Shown in pieces: positions 1 through 17,100 of a DNA stretch of 64,000 nt. The DNA is taken from positions 8,768,001 to 8,832,000 of the forward strand of contig CP086569.2 in the NCBI GenBank assembly GCA_009914755.4, given 5' to 3'. The notes under the pieces were generated by a model that was not told the DNA's origin, did not search any database, and was given only the letters and a program-made list of their open reading frames with translations. The position numbers and the translations under genes were made by a program. This DNA comes from the human T2T-CHM13v2.0 reference genome, Homo sapiens. Every line of letters starts with the position of its first letter. The stretch's first letter is position 1.

Positions 1-2439
1 TTTCCCAGATGGTCCAGTAGACTAATGCATCCCAGATCTCAATTCCCACACTTCATTTATTGCCATCTCATTAATGCACCACAATGTAGCAATCTCTCAT
101 TGTGAGGTGTCAAGCAGAGCTCTTTGTCTCATGGCCAAGAAAATTAAGGAGCATGGATGCAAACAGGTTGAAGCAAAAGTTTTATAAGTGAAAGTAAAAA
201 GCTCTTTACAGTGGAGGTGGGGTGTAAGTTGTTTGCCTACTATAAGGCTGGGCTTCAGGGTTGATAAAGACAGAAAATGAAAGAAATGTGCTTAGTGGTC
301 TTGGAGAAACATTACTCAGCTTGGCCCTGCACTTTGGCTGGGGATTCATCAGGAGGTTAAGTAATGATTTATAGATACAACTTAGCTTGGCCTTCATCCT
401 TTGCCCTGGACCAAGCAGCAGCTAAAGTGAAAGCTTGGTCTGATACCTTGGCCTGGGACCAATAACATGCTGAAGTGTTGTTTCATGACCAAGATAATTA
501 ATGAAACTACACATAAAGTTCAGATAAGACAGAAGTTTAATAATCAAAAGAAGAAAGCTGTTCACATTAAAGAAGGGACCCATGAGACTTTCCAACTATA
601 ATGCTGGGTCTGAGGTTTTTGTGAACTGGAAAGAAAGAAATATTCTGAGTTGCATGTGGGCTATCTTGAAGAAAGCAGTAATCAGCTTGGTTCAGGACCT
701 GACCTGGGACAAATCAGAGGATGAAATAAAAGCTTTGTTTGGGGCATTGCATCAGGAAAACACAGAAGCTGAAGGGATGATTCAGAAACACTTGGCTCAC
801 AGGTCAAAACATATTCAAAGTAGAAAAGTGTCCCAGCAGAGCCCACTAGAGCCTACTAGGTATCATGCCCACAAAGACAGAATTGTCTATTTTTTTGAAG
901 CCTGCTGATTATATGAATGACAAAGGTATCTCTACATGTGGCCTTCCTCCCCTATCTGTGCAGCTGTGCATATGTTTTAGGCAAAAACGCAAAGGCATTT
1001 TCATGTTCTTTCCTGTTTTCTGATTATTGCAGCTGTGAACATGTCTTTTGCTACTCTCCTCTTCTAGTTCTCTTACAGTTGCCTGCAACTTAACTTTTCA
1101 GTCTGTTTCTGTGCTTAAAAGAGTTTTACCAAGAACCCTTCCTAGTTTCCTGTTTTTTCTCTCCCACATCATGAAGGTAAATTTAATGTGTTTTGTGCAT
1201 AAAACAAAGCTGTGTGAAGAAATATTCTGTGGAGCTTTCCGCTTGTGTCATGTCATCACTCAAGTTTCACATTGGAGTACATTTAATGTTTTTATGTTAG
1301 CAATGTTCAACCTGCACTTTCTTCTTTTAAAATAAACGACTTTGAAAAAGAGAATAAATTGTTTTAATTCTTAGATCATTTGGTAGAATTTGACAGTGGA
1401 ATTCTACCCAGGACTCTAGTCCTAGGGTTTCTTTTAAGTAGCTGTAAGATTGTGAAATATATTTGGTGTTTGTCTCTGTTTTCTGGCATAGAAATCCTGA
1501 GTTCTTTGGAATCTCCAAAGTGATGTCTTTTTATATGCTAATAACTGACAGCTTCAGGTTGGGGCTTGTTAATAAAAAGACAAGACTTGATAAGTGTGCA
1601 GGGACTCCCAGGATCACCCTGCATTATTTTGGAATAGGAGAGTTGCTGCGGGTACTGGCAGAAGCAGCCTATTTAGAGGGGCTGCAGAAAAGATGCCAGG
1701 TGTAGTGAAGGAGGGGCAGCCAGGGCTCTTCACTCTGTGAAGCTGGTGGGAACCAAGAACAGAGAGAAGCCACACCCACATCCAAGTGGAATTAGCAGAA
1801 ACCTCACCTACTCAGGCACAGTTGCAGCTGCCTAGCCATGCTGCAGACTCAGGCATCCCTGTGCTTTCTGGGGCCTGGAAAGCCATCCTTCCTACAAAGC
1901 CTCTGAAATCCCATTGCCTGGCCTCTCCCAGATCCTAGTGTCCCCTTGAATGTTGAAGAAAATTTTTGGCTGAGCCCAGGTGCTGTCATGATCTGACCAG
2001 GAGTGCTTACACTTGAGGTTGTACTGAAACAAAAACCATATGCCACCTTAGCTTTCTCTAGTCTTTTGGCCTCAGTGAGCATAGGAGACTCAAGGAGTTG
2101 GTTAGGGGCTGAGGGCAGCTTGGTATGGGCCTGGAGGTTTGTCTTTGCAAAAATAGCCTTGGTACCATTAACTGTAGCAGGAGACAGACAGGCATCTAGG
2201 CAGAAAGAAGCAGTTTCTCATTAAAACTCCATCTTCAAGCCATGGATTTTCTGAAGACTGGGGGCTGGGCTGCATGTTCTGGAGATGAGAATGAAAAATT
2301 ATGTCTCTTTCTGGGCCCACCAATAGCACCACTGACCAATCAGCACAGTACTTCTGCCTACTGAAGCCCATATGAACTCCAGAGTTAGGCAGATCATGGA
2401 TAACTTGCTTGCAAGTTGGAGCTAACCATTGTCGGTCTC

Positions 2440-2760
2440 CTCTCGACTGAGAGTTGTGCAATTACTGGCATTACATGCCTGCAGTTAGATAGGTCTCCTC
2501 TCCGTTAAGGGCTGTAGCAACATCTCAACAACCTTCCTGCAGATAAAAGCTTGCCACTCTGCATCTCATCCTTACTGAGGACTGCAGAGATATCAGCACG
2601 AACTGCCTGCAGATTGGAGCTCCTCACTCTGGTTCTACTTGTCACTGAGGGCTGCACAGATGAAAGTAGGTCCTGCTTGTAAAAAGGAGCTGCCCGCTTT
2701 ACATACCCTGCAAACTGTACTGTCACTCAATAAAGCACATATTTACCTTAATTATTTTTT
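2440..2760 (+). repeat. Candidate LTR-like fragment: about four 55-60-bp tandem units (ctgcag-containing) followed by AATAAA (2729-2734) and a T-rich stretch
   Basis: Tandem periodicity and polyadenylation-signal-like motif seen directly; family not recognised. Confidence 0.3.
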
Positions 2761-4222
2761 AGTTGTTCACATACCTCATTTTTCCTGGACATGAGACAAG
2801 GACTCAGGACTGAATGGCAAAACTGAAAAATTAGTAACACAAACAGGACTGAAACTCACAACCCCCAAGTTGCCACATTGTTGCTTACCACAAAAAAAAA
2901 GGGACAGCAGAGCTTTGGCAAGACAGTGTTGTGACACCCTCTTGGGGGCTGTGCAATTTCTGGCATTTCTAAGCTTCTGGATTCCACTGCATTTCCCAGT
3001 CCCTGAAGAGGAAACAGCTTTTGGTATGCCAAATTCAGCCAAAGACCTTTAGGGAGCTGGCCCCTGTGCCAGCACCTGGAACTGCTCATCCATCATAGCC
3101 AATATGGCTAGCTGTGTGCAGTGGCTGTGCTCAACCATCACTCACTCATTCACCTAACTCTGTCCCTGTGATAAAGGTGACATTGATCACCATCAGCCAG
3201 TGGATTATTCAATCATACCTACATAATGGAGTCTCCATAAAAATCCAAGAGGACAGGATGCCAGAGCTTCTCGATGGCTGAACATGTAGAGCGTCTAAGA
3301 AATAGTGTGCACATAAAAGCAAACACCAGTAATTTAAATGTCAGATATAGTGTAGGTATCTTTTCTTTGCTTTGAAAGAAATTTCTGCCTTTAATAATGT
3401 GTCCAGAATTTTAACTTATTAAATAGAACATACTCAAAGTTAACCCAAAAGCATATATTCTAAACATTAACACTTGGATAATTCTACCTAAATGATTTCA
3501 TGATGCACTAATATTGTACAACAAGTTTTGTTTTAGAGAGATAAAGATTTCTTCAAGTTAACTGGGTAAAAACTAGACATTTATAAAGAAGAAGAAATTC
3601 CATTGAAATCTCAGCATAAATTGCATCCTATTTCAGTTTGGGAGAGAAATCATCAGTGAGTTTTGTGTTGGAAATGTTTATCCTAAAATATTAGGCTTTT
3701 AATTTAGAATTTTGTGTCTCTGTGGTATTTGTTCCACTATAAAGTCAAAAGCACCATCTCAGATGTTTCTGTGTCTCCATTTTGGGGAAAGGGGAAGAGG
3801 CTGCCTCATAACCCATTAAATTCTGCATTCTAGAGTAAAAAATAAAAAAAAATTACAGTTTTTTGTATTTCAAATCTAATAAATCACAATTTTGTTTTTT
3901 TGTAGAGTAGTAGTCATGCATGAAAACTAGAATTTGAAAGAACAGCCAAGTGCTCACCAGTCTGATTTTATATTTGGGCTTATATGTGCATAAAATTATG
4001 ACATTTTGACAAAGAAGCTGCTTCATTATTTATTTTAAAGTTACACTACTTAAAATTTCGTTCATAATATTAAATAAATAGCTTCGACATTTCCAGTTCT
4101 GTTTCCAAGTCTTAGATATTGGGGGAATTGTTTTGGGATATGCAGATGGATTAGGGCATCTTGCAGCTAATGATGTCTTCTTCTCAGCTCAGTTATTGTG
4201 CCCTGAGCAGACAGACTGACAA

Positions 4223-5862
4223 TTAAAACTCATCATTTTTTTTTTGCACTTACGCTAACATATATTGTATCCCATGGGCTGAACCCCAGATTTTCTTCAG
4301 CATTTAACATTCTTTCTCAGCCATTTGTTCAAACTCCATCTTAATATTACAGCTAGCAAGGGCCTTACATTCCTCCAGAACAACTGGATTACATGAGGCA
4401 AGCTCATTAATTTGAACCATAATATCTTGGGTGAAAGTTGCTGTTCAAAACACCTGAGAAACCAGGTCTTTGGCACATGCCTCCTGTATTGTCAGCTTTC
4501 ACACAGCACTCAACATTTTATTGGCAGATGCTTCACCCATCATTGGGAAATGTAACACTAGAAAGCCATCTGAACTCTGTCCAAATGTTGTATAAGGGGT
4601 TTGAAACCAAAGCTGTCATTAGCCCAAATCAAGTGACAAAGAGGCAGTATGGATGCACCCAGTCCAATGGCTGGCCCATTGACTGATACAACAGTTGACT
4701 TTTTAAATTGAATGAAATTGTCAAAAACATTCTTGATATTGTCCACCATTTCAATGCTTGTTCTCTTTCTGTCATTTGTTAAATGCTTCACGAAGTACCC
4801 AAAATCAAGACCACAGCAAAAGACACTGCCAACTGTGCTGAACAGCACAAGTTTGCTATCATCTGGAGCAGCCATATTCAGAGCATTCATGATTTCTTTC
4901 ATTACTTCTGCATTCAGTGTGTTTTCTCCTGTCAATCTAGTTGATACCAATATCTAGGTGAATCCATCCTCTTTCCTCACTACAATGTCTCTGTATCTGC
5001 TGGCACTTTCTGTTAGCCTTCTGGTGACATGCATCCTCTACATAAAAGGCTGGTCTCTGTTATTATCATTAACCTTTCTTTGCCCGCCTCTCACTCTTGT
5101 AATAGGTGTATGCATATTTGTTCTTCTGTTGGCTGTTGATGAGTCCATTAATACCAATATACCTTCCTTGTTAGCTGAGCCTGTGACCATGGATGCAGTA
5201 GTAACTGAGCCAGACATCTGAGACAATAGTGCATGTATCAGTGGCCTTTTTTCTATTCCAGCTGGTCCTGCACTGGGATCTGATAAAGCTCTGACAGGCT
5301 TCTCTACTGCCACGTTGAACACCACTGTGTCCTGCTAATCTGGTGCAATAGGGTTTAGTGTCTCAGGTTCCTGAATGTCAGTCACTCTGTTCTTGCTGTT
5401 AAAGGGGCTCTGATGTGCAAGTGTCTTGATAGTTGAATTTACTATCTCCGTATGCTTTGGGTGAAAGAGAGGTGAAGCTGCATTTTTCCTAACATTGTGG
5501 CTGGCAGCAAATCACTGGCTGTTTTAGAACTTGTGGTGTTTGCCAGTTAATAACATATTAGGAGAGTTATTAGAAAAGTTGGTGTTGGTAGATCTGGAAG
5601 TTCTTTTTTTGGGGCATTGTTTGAAAAAGTTCTACTTGTTTTGATCTGTGTCTTTGTTTTCTGCTTTTCAGTCTGTCATCTGTTAAAGACATAGAAACAT
5701 TTTTCACAGTTCACGATGTGCTGCTCTGGTTCCCAAGTGTCATCCTGTTTGTCATAACCTTTCCACTGAACCAAATACTCTGTCTTCTCTTTTTTGTCTT
5801 CTCTTGTGTAAACAAAAGTTTCAACCTCTAACTATTGGGAATCCGTAAAGAAAGAGACCGAT
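4223..5862 (-). pseudogene. Intronless CDY/CDYL-family (chromodomain plus enoyl-CoA hydratase-like) processed pseudogene; start codon mutated (ACG), in-frame stop after SQ, several frameshifts
   Basis: Minus-strand translation is colinear with CDY/CDYL protein. Chromodomain EVETFVYTREDKKEKTEYLVQWKGYDKQDDTWEPEQHIVNCEK lies at about 5700-5850. Middle region LSQMSGSVTTASMVTGSA...RVRGGQRKVNDNNRDQPF is ORF 5038-5325. Crotonase fold VLFSTVGSVFCCGLDFGYFVKHL...VNGPAIGLGASILPLC is ORF 4558-4950. C-terminus ELASCNPVVLEECKAL...KKIWGSA ends at TAA 4223-4225. No introns between domains. Confidence 0.8.
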
Positions 5863-6354
5863 TTGGGGTAGTTGCTGTGCCAACTTTATTTCAGTAGGGT
5901 CTTCCCATAGTTACATTTTTCTGCCTCCAGTTCTTTACCAGGTACTAAGTATGGATGAGTCTCTTCCACTTCATTGCCACTGGTGTAGTAAAAGTTGTGT
6001 GAAGGAGCAGCTATGGTATGTGCCTTAGGCTCTCCACACTTACTCCCTGGTGAGAGAGCTTGGGCTTGGTCTCAGGGTGCCAAGATAGCTTGCTTCTCAC
6101 ATAAGAGAAGCTAAATCCACCGCTCCTACTCTGGTGTAGTGCAGAAAGCTTTCTACCTGCCTGTTACTCTTTCCTTTACAGTTGCTCTGACCATTATATC
6201 AAACATTCTAAAGTTATAACATTGTTAAAGTTACGCTAATATACATTCAATAACATAAAAATCCCTACTCCTGTATAGACTGGCCTCCATTACTTTACTT
6301 ACTGAGTTCTCAAAATTATACCTTTATGCACTGTATGTCAAAAACACAAGTTAG

Positions 6355-6440
6355 TGAATATATATATAAAATATATATAGTATTATATTATCTATATTTA
6401 TATATATACACACACATGTATGTTTGTGTGTGTTTTAAAT
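6355..6440. repeat. (TA)n/(TG)n compound microsatellite
   Basis: Direct observation of dinucleotide runs. Confidence 0.9.
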
Positions 6441-6569
6441 TATGTGGAGAATCACTTGTGAAGGTGCACATTGTTAATTTTTATATATATATTTTGTTAA
6501 TTGCTTATGTATTTATCTTTACCTTAATATTTATTTATTCATACTCCTGCCTAGTGTTCATTTTGCCAT

Positions 6570-7330
6570 GAAGTACCCCATAAAGCATTTCTTCAAGGGT
6601 AGTCCAGTGGTAAAAGACATCAGCTTTTATCTGAAAATGTCATAATTTCCCTCTCAGTTTTGATGGACAGTTTGAACATAAAATTTCTGTTTGAATTTGT
6701 TTTATTACATCACTTGGAATATATTAGTCCATTGCTCTCTGGCCTCGAATTTTTAGATAAGAAATCCACTTTTTAATTTTGAGGGTCCTCTGTACATTAC
6801 TAGTCACTTCTTTTGCTGCTTTCAAGGTTCTCTTTGTCTTTGTTTAGAAATATTGAATTATCAAGGAAGTTGGAGTGTGTTTCTTTGAGTTTATCTTACT
6901 TGGAGTTTATTGAGCTTCTTGGATGTTTATTTATTTCCTCACACTTGTGACATTCTTGGCCACTATTTTTTAAAATAGTCTCTCTGATTCTTTGTCTCTT
7001 CTCTTTGAACTTCCAAAATGTGTAAGTAAGGCTGCTTGATGGTGTTCCACAGGTTTTAGGCTCTGTTCACATTTCTTTATATATATTTTCTCTTCCTTCC
7101 TTAATAATTTCAATTGCTCTTTCTTTAGGTTTGCTGGTATTATGTTCTATCTGCTCAAGTCTGCTTTTAAATGTCTGTAGTGAATTTTTATTTCAGTTGT
7201 TTCACTTTGCATATCTAGAAATTTTTTTAGTTTTAAAAATAATTTTACTCTCTCTTTATTAATAATTTATTTGTTCATGACTCTCTGTGCTTTTTTGTTT
7301 ATTCTATTACCTTCCTAAGATCATTAATTT
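6570..7330 (-). mobile_element. Old L1 fragment (ORF1/inter-ORF/ORF2 N-terminal region), antisense; paralogue of 62700-63560
   Basis: A-rich sense strand typical of L1 5' half; colinear with arm B copy. Confidence 0.55.
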
Positions 7331-10300
7331 AAAAAAATAATTTTTAGTAAGCCTGCCATTTGGACTGTGTAGGAAAAGCTTGTGTTAGTTATTTTTTTTT
7401 TCTTAGAATGAGCCTTAATTTTCTATTTCACTTTATGGTTAGTGATTTTGTTAACGCTGAAAAAGGGCATTTACATATGAAAATGCTGTAATTTTAAAAT
7501 CAGATTTTCTTACTCTATGATTGGCTAGGGTTTTGTTTATTTATAATGCAGGCTCTTTCTGTCCTGGAAATCAGTCCTATTGAACTTCTTGTGTCTTTTT
7601 TGAGCCTGCACCATCTGAGGAAGATATGGTTAACATACTTATTTATTATGTTTTTATTTATATATATTTACTTTTGAATGTTTTTGTACATAAATGTCTG
7701 ACCTCTTAAAAGGAAAAAAAGTAAAATGAGGAAAAATATTCTGGCTCTCTAAATATTCTGAAAGTTGCTTGAGTAGGAGGAGGAAAAGCCTGCAAAAGCT
7801 TTCAGAAATGAAACAACGGCTATTCATCTATCTTGGGACTTCTATAATCAGAAGCAGCAACAGGTGCACAAGTCCTCTGACATTTAAATGGCAGGGTCCT
7901 TTCTGTTATCATGCCTCTTGCAAGCTGCTCCAGAGGTGTTTTCGAGGCAGCATACCACAGCAGTAGTTAATAAAGAATAAATAGCTGTTTTTCATCTATG
8001 CTATAAAATTGATAAAATTTAATTATTGTTTACAAATCTTGTTTTGGAAGCTGTAAACCTTCAGGTAGACTCTGGAATTCCAAAATAATAGGATCATACC
8101 AATTCTGACACTGCACCTATAGTGTAGTTGAAGAGACAGATATATAGTGCTCTGTAGTCACTTGTCATGCTTTTCTCAGAAGCTTGTATCATCTTACTTT
8201 TGGCCTTTCGGATAAATCATATACATTAATTTTTATCTAAGGATGCATTTGTGCCAGTCTTTGACTTTTTATGCAAGAACTCATATTTAAAGTTATTACA
8301 AGTAAAACATTACTTACTCTGAGATTTACTTGTTTTCAATATTTTATTATTTATTTTATCCTTAATTCTCCTTTATTTTTAAAATGTGGTTAATTTAGAA
8401 AAAAATTTGTATTTTTTATATTATAATTGGTTATTTTGGGACTTCAATTACTATTGTAAATTTAAAATAGCCTACTTTTAATAACACTAACTTGTTTCAA
8501 TAACCTAAAGTTTAATTTAAACAATATAAAAATGTGCTGCTTTTGTGCTTTTCCATTCTTTTCAATTTATATTATTATCTCAGATTATATGTGTAAACAC
8601 TGAGTGTTCAGTAATAGAAAACTTTGCCAGGGTTATAATAATAATTTTCTCTTTTAGAGAAGGTTAGTAACAAATTCTTTTAACTTTCCTTTATCCAGGC
8701 ATTTTTGCTCATGTATCATTTTACCTGTTACAGATTTCAGGTTTGATAGCATTTTTTCTAGTAAAACTTTGATATCCTACTACCTTATGACTTCTATGGT
8801 TTCTGCTGAACAATCATCTGTTAATTTTAATCAAGATTCCCTTGAACATAACAAGTTGCTTGTCGCTTTCTGGTTTTACAATTTTCTTTGTCTTAGCACT
8901 TGACTGACTATAATGTTTCTTGATGTGGCTATCGTTGACTATATTACGGTTGAAGATTTTGTCCTTCTTTAACTTTTAGATTCTGATTTTTAATTAAGTT
9001 TGGGAAATATTCAGTCATCTTTGCTTTCAGATTTTTTTTTTGCCTCTTCTTTTTCTGTATTTATGAGATGCCCATATTGCATGTATTGATATAGCTCATA
9101 GTGTTCTATTAACTTCTTAGTATTTTTTCACTTAATTTTTTTTTTATTTATCAGACTGGGTTATTTCAGTTTTCATTGCTTAAAATTGACTGAATATTTT
9201 CCAGCTCAAGTCTGCTGCAAAACTCCTTTATTGTCGATTTTCTTTCGGTCATTGTACTCTTTATCTCAAATTTTTCATTTTTTTTACATATTTTTTCTCA
9301 CTGATGCTCTCATAATTTTCTTTCATCGGTTCTGTCATTTTTCTTTTACACAACTTAAAACTGTTGTTTTAAATTCTTTGTCAATAAAATTTGGAATATT
9401 TTCAATTTCTGCATTTACTTTACATTAGTCATGTGTTTCTATTGGTTTTTATGTTTCTATTTTGCAGAAAACTATATTCAAAAAGTCAAAATGTGCTAAC
9501 TCTGAATTCTAGGTTTTCTTCATTTCTCCAAGGTATTTTCTTAGTTATTAAAACCTTAGCTTGCATTCCATTAGTGTTTTGAATAAGAGCAATGTTAAAA
9601 CTATCACTTTTAAAAACTAGATCTGTATTAACATTCTTCTTTAACTCTCAGGGGGATTGCTTATAATTCTGCCTTAGCCTTCATTTTCTTCTCACATTGA
9701 AGCTATAGATAAAATTGAGAATTAACACCTATTGTTTTATATACTTTTTGAGAATGTTTTCTGTCGTGAGCATGGGCGTGATTTTCTAAATCTTTCAATA
9801 CATTAAACTGCTTTTGAATATTCAGATTTTTGCAAATAAAGGTCTCTTCAACTTTTCCTCCTTTTTATAGTTTGTCTATTGTATAAAAACTGGTTTGTTC
9901 TCAGCAACTTAAAGTTTTATGACCAATTTCTGGCATTTTCAACCAAGAGTGAATTCTATGTTAGACAAAACAGAAATAAATGTGTTTCATCAATTCTTCA
10001 CATATACCCTAGATAGACTAGAAAAAAACACAATAATTTACCATATAAGGGCTTCTTTACTCCTTCCAGAAGCAGAATTCAGGGCCTCACATGGAAAATT
10101 GTGGATTTCAATTTTTATAAGCCTTCATCTGTGCTTAGGAGGCAGTATGGTAATACACAAAAAAATTTACAATTTTATAATTGTCTCTCTTGATTACATG
10201 TTAACTTGGCTAATATGAGCTATTTATTTCAAAGGTCCAGGCTGCTTATGAAAGGTATGAGTTTTCTTTAAATGGTTTGAAGTTGCCTTCCTTGCACTTT

Positions 10301-11853
10301 TCTTTTTATTTTTATCTATGAAACATTGATTGTTTTCTATTCTTGTAGCTTATTTGTATCTATGAGACGTATGTTTTTTCTCCTAAAATTGTGTTTAAAA
10401 TACTTAAATTATGTGTTGTACCTCGAATTTTGGATTTTAGATGTTAGATTTTTGTTTTAGTAGTTATATTATAGAGTTTTTTGTTTGCTTTTTATTAATT
10501 GAAGTTCTGTATTCCATATAAAATATATGAGGCAAGATCGGTATAAAGTATATTTTGGTTTTATATAAAACAAATGTACAATAATTTGCTTAAAAGTGAC
10601 TTTCAAGTAAATATCTAAATAAAATAATAAGGAAATAATCATGTAAACATGCAGGAAGTTCAACCAGTATGATGATCCCTGGTAGAAGCCTGCTTAATTG
10701 TTTAAAAAATAGCCAGGTCCCTGTTGCTGGAGCAGGCTGTGGAAGGGAAAGCATTATAGATGATGAGCTCATAGAAGTAACAGACAGTCCCTGTGATTGT
10801 CTAGGGATTTTATAGGTCAGTAGATTTCACGTTAGATTTCACTCTAAGCCTGGTTTATGACTGGAAGTGGAATTGGTAAGCTTGTTACTAGCATCTAGTA
10901 CTGAGAGTTTAGAAATGCTGCTAAATATCCTATAACCTAGGGTATTAGGCACCTTTGAAAAATTAACTGTGTTGAACAATCTCTCAAGAAAATTATTTTT
11001 AAAACACACATTTAGAATTATTTGATATCACATTTGAAGATTTCTTAACTCAATTTTTGGTTTCTTATATCAGAAGGATTTTCAAAAGCTTATGTAATGT
11101 TTAGTTCATTCAAGTTAGGGTAAGCATTAGTAAAGTGAAGTCAGTTTAGTTAATAAATGACTACAAACTAAACCACATATTTTCTTATTTTCTTCTTTTT
11201 TCCCATTGCTTTTTCAATATTTCTGTAAACCACTAATATAGAAAATTAAAACTCTAGGCAGTCTCTATTTCAGGGGTACCAAGGGAGAAAACTCAATCAA
11301 GGGCCTTTGGGATAGATCTAATCTTGACTAGAGGTTGAAGGTATACGTAAAACACAGACACACCTGTGCTTTGGCACACTATGTTATGCATTCACATTGT
11401 GCATACACATTGTCTTATGACATGAAAGTTGCTAAGATATTACAATAAGCAAGCCAAATAAAAACCAAGCTTTCAAAGATTATAGCTGGGGTTAGAGAAT
11501 TTTCGCTTTTGCTAAAATTGTTGAGTAGAATAAATACTCAAGTATCTTCTACTGCTTAAAAAATATTTTATAGAAGTTTGCACAGTGGGTATCTTTTATC
11601 AGAATTATTTCTCCTCCATCTTGTTCTAAGATAATAAAAGATAAATGCGTTCACAAAAATGCATATTAGACAATAAGATAAAGATAAATGAATGAGGAAA
11701 TTAATGTGAGAAGAAAAATATGTGAAAATATTAAGGTAAGTCCAAAAAGGAGGTGAATTCATGCAATGTAAAATCTTTATGTTTGAATCAGAAATTTGTT
11801 TCAGAACGTTAGCAGGTAGCAATATGGTAGTAATCCACATTTATAATGCTCAA

Positions 11854-12789
11854 GTTGTTCTCATTTAGCACCTGACCTGTTGGCTATGTAACTGATGCTA
11901 GATAGAGATTTCTCCACTAGCAGAACTTCTACTCGTATAGAGCTTGCTTTTCCTCCAAAATTAATAAATTGCTACTCAATGCCTAAAGTAAAAAGACATA
12001 AATTTTTTTCCCTAATATACTAAGGGAGAGCTATGCTATTTAGACACATTCTAGGAAAAATGCAGACAGCATGAAATCAAGGCATCGGACAATATTAAGT
12101 AGTATACAGAAGCTGACATTATTTGTAGAAAAGAGTTATTCAGGCAAAACTTGCAGCAAAAGAGGTATATTTACTGTGCTTTACTCACTAATTTGTCAAA
12201 GTGCTGGAACTGCTTTAATATTATTATTGTTATTATTATTTGTAAAAGCTATTTCACTGAGGCAGTTAGGTAATAGATTGCTTACTTTTATAACTGATTT
12301 AAATGGTTACATTTTACCATGATTACAGAAACAGTATTTCCTAAATCTGTGTGAAAGTTTAAATTGTCATTTTCTAAGAAGACATAATATACCTCTATTC
12401 TTAAAGAAATAAATAGTATATACTAATTCATAACTATTTATTAAGCAACTCCTCTGATGTAGATTCTAGAGCCTTGACAGTAACTAAATAGAAACATGAG
12501 TACCTTTGGAGTGTTTGTTTACAGAGATCATTATGGACCATTTAAACACACACACACACACACGTATATATGTGAGTTTTTTGTACAGAATTAGTTCATT
12601 TTATGACTCTCAAATCAGCTGACTTATTAAAATAAGATTTACAGTTTTAGTATTTATTCAAAGAATGTTTTTTGAGAATACATACAAAAAATTGTATACT
12701 TTGTCATCACTTTATGTGTGTGTATCATATATATGTGTGTATATATATGTATCTCTATATATGTAGAGATACACACACACAAACAAAGG
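11854..12789. other. Arm-A-specific block of about 935 bp between the ERVL 3' LTR and flank (arm B has about 8 bp here); ends in (CA)n/(TA)n microsatellites at 12540-12562 and 12715-12780
   Basis: Loss and resumption of arm homology on either side; origin unassigned. Confidence 0.5.
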
Positions 12790-12804
12790 GTGCATATGTA
12801 CATA

Positions 12805-13179
12805 TATTGGAGGTTATGAAATATTAACTTACATGATCACAATAGGCTGTTTGCTAGCTGAGGAACAAGGAGAAAAATCCAAGTCCCAAAACTGAAGTAC
12901 TTGGAGTCTGGTGTCCGAGGGCAAGGAGCATCCAGCACAGGAGAAACATGGAGGCTTTGGAGGCTAGGCCCATCTCACCTTTTCTCATGTTTCTGTCTGC
13001 TTTACATTCGCTAGAAGCTGATTCGATTGTGCCCACCAAATTACGGTAGGTTTGTCTTCCCCAGCCCACTGTCTCAAATGTTAATCTGTTTTTGGGAAAC
13101 TACCAAGAGACATGCCCCAGATTAATACTTTGTATCCCTCAATCCAGTGAAATTGACACACAGTATGTCATATGTTCAC
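12805..13179 (-). mobile_element. ERVL 3' LTR (MLT2 family), 3' terminus replaced by microsatellite; purine tract caagttgaaaagggg immediately upstream (13180-13195, reverse complement)
   Basis: About 80% identity to the 5' LTR at 19001-19424 and to the arm B LTR at 58637-59005. Confidence 0.75.
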
Positions 13180-13503
13180 CCCTTTTCAACTTGAATCTAT
13201 CCACATCTCCTGAGATAATACGTACTCTTAAAATAAAGACAAAAATGAGGTTATAGTTACACCTAACATAATACAAAAATGAGGTCATATTTACACGTAA
13301 CATAATAGAACTATCCTTCATACAATCAGGAACACACCAATCCCCAACCCGAACACTATTACGTAAAGTTACGTATACTCAAATGATGATATGAAGTCAA
13401 TATATCTTATGTCACATAATAAAAGGAAAGAAAAAATGAAGATATTTTCTTACTACATGTGTATATATGCACAAACTTTTTTAGCAAAAGAAGGAGGAAA
13501 TAC

Positions 13504-17100
<3,597 letters not shown>

